Shown: positions 62,570-64,000 of the stretch, in pieces
Position numbering within the stretch: the stretch's first letter is position 1
Layout of the letters: every line of letters begins with the position of its first letter
Assembly (NCBI RefSeq): GCF_006345805.1
Contig: NC_043008.1
Location: forward strand, 62,496,001-62,560,000
Origin: Octopus sinensis
Taxonomy: Eukaryota
Length of the DNA: 64,000 nucleotides
Reading direction: 5' to 3'
Position numbers and translations under genes: made by a program
The notes under the pieces: generated by a model
The model's input: the letters and a program-made list of their open reading frames with translations, nothing else
Database searches by the model: none
Told to the model about the DNA's origin: nothing

Positions 62570-63608
62570 TGCAACATGTGGCAGCAAACGAATGAAGTGC
62601 TTTTTTTTCACTCTTAAATACTGACAGGTAGGCTCCAGCAACCACAGCCAGCCAGATGCCACGTGGTACGCTCCATCATCCAAAACTAGATCAATAAATA
62701 TGTTGTAGCTCAGAACTGTTCAGAGATGATGGTTCCAACGGATCCCATTCAGGAGATGATAGCCTTGAAAACTAACCAAGGGGAGGCCAAAATCAGTTAC
62801 TCGGCATTGTGGATTATACACTTTGGTTGAACAAAATCCAAGAACAATGTTCTGATAACTTTCATCAGAATTCCAAACATCTTGCACAACTGTTCCTCAA
62901 CACCTGAAAAAAATTGGAAAAGGCAAGAAAAGGTTAGGTTTGATCCATGTCAGCTGAACGAGATTTAAAAAACAGGCACCTCGAAGTGTGCTCCTTATTG
63001 CTATTTTTACTGGAAAAAGAACCATGTTTGCATTGAATCATTGCATGTGATGAGAAATGGATACTCTTTGACAACAGCAGGAGAACAGGACAGTGATTAG
63101 ATGCAGGAAAGTTACCTAAACACTACTCAAAACTACCATTGCACCCTAAAAAGTTAGTGGTCACTGTACGGTGGTCTAAGAAGGGGGCTAATCATTGAGC
63201 ATTTTTGTAACAAGAAAAAAAAAACAGTATTGCTAGGAAATTGATGGTATGCATTAGAATTTGAAAAAGAAGTAACCCAGACTAGTGAATAGAGATGTCC
63301 CAATTTTATCCCATGACAATGCATGTCCTCATACGTCTCAAGCTATGGTCCAAAATTTGCAAAGCCTGAACTATGAGATATTGCAGCAGCCTCCTTATTT
63401 CCCTGATATCTCTCCAACTGATTATCACTTATTTAAACATTCTGGGCTTTTCATAAGCAATAAAACGTTCTTAAATAGAGAAGAGATAATTCAAGCATTC
63501 AGACAGTTTATCACAGAAAAAGATAAATATTTTTTAAAAGAAGGAATTTATGACTTAGAGAAACGTTGGATAAAGGTCATAAATGAATATGGATTATACT
63601 TTGATTGA
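62570..63608 (+). mobile_element. Decayed mariner (DD34D) transposase; no TIRs recognised
   Basis: RTVQR.WFQ...SGDDSLE...GRP, CDEKWILFDN, LHPKKL.VTV.W, HDNACPH and YFPDISPTDYHLF, ending YFD*. Confidence 0.9.
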
Positions 63609-63767
63609 ATAAATCAGTTCTCTAACATACAAGCACTCACATAGTACTTTACAGTACACTACAGAGAAACCAATACTTGTGAACAAATATACATTGGTAA
63701 CATGTATCATGCTTTCACTAATTGTTTTAACTATTTACATACTTGGAAGCCAACATAGACACACACA

Positions 63768-63835
<68 letters not shown>

Positions 63836-64000
63836 TCTTCCTATCCTTTACTTTCCCAACACATCACTGCACACTTCACCCCAGAGCTCACTCTCTCATT
63901 TTGCAGCCCACTCTTTTTATTTTTCCTTTCCAGATTCTCTCTCTATTATACCTTATATATATATATATATATTATATATATATATATATGTATATATATA

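Overview
AT-rich eukaryotic (metazoan) genomic DNA, apparently intergenic or intronic. Its microsatellite load and SINE families are of the kind I recall from octopus genomes; that species call is an inference, not a database result. I could not support any host protein-coding exon. Almost all long ORFs in the supplied track are microsatellite artefacts, and the rest are decayed transposon ORFs. The window holds tRNA-derived SINEs (at least three families), (GAT)n-tailed RTE-derived elements, RTE/BovB-like LINE pieces, many R4/Dong-like RLE retrotransposon fragments sitting in (AAT)n tracts, old L1/Tx1-like fossils, two mariner transposons (one full length with TIRs), Tc1/mariner and piggyBac-type MITEs, a hAT (Buster/Charlie-like) fossil and a Helitron helicase fossil. 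The most notable signal is a recurring set of minimal type I hammerhead-ribozyme-like motifs of the Penelope-like-element (PLE) type. They occur in several unrelated short repeats, three times as head-to-head inverted pairs. One pair is a tRNA-headed SINE with a hammerhead tail, inserted as a palindromic dimer under a single 12-bp target-site duplication. A tandem pair of ~1-kb foldback hairpins and several minisatellites grown from one RTE-tail hairpin module are also unusual. All family assignments come from manual translation and motif recall; no searches were run, and the boundaries of decayed elements are approximate.
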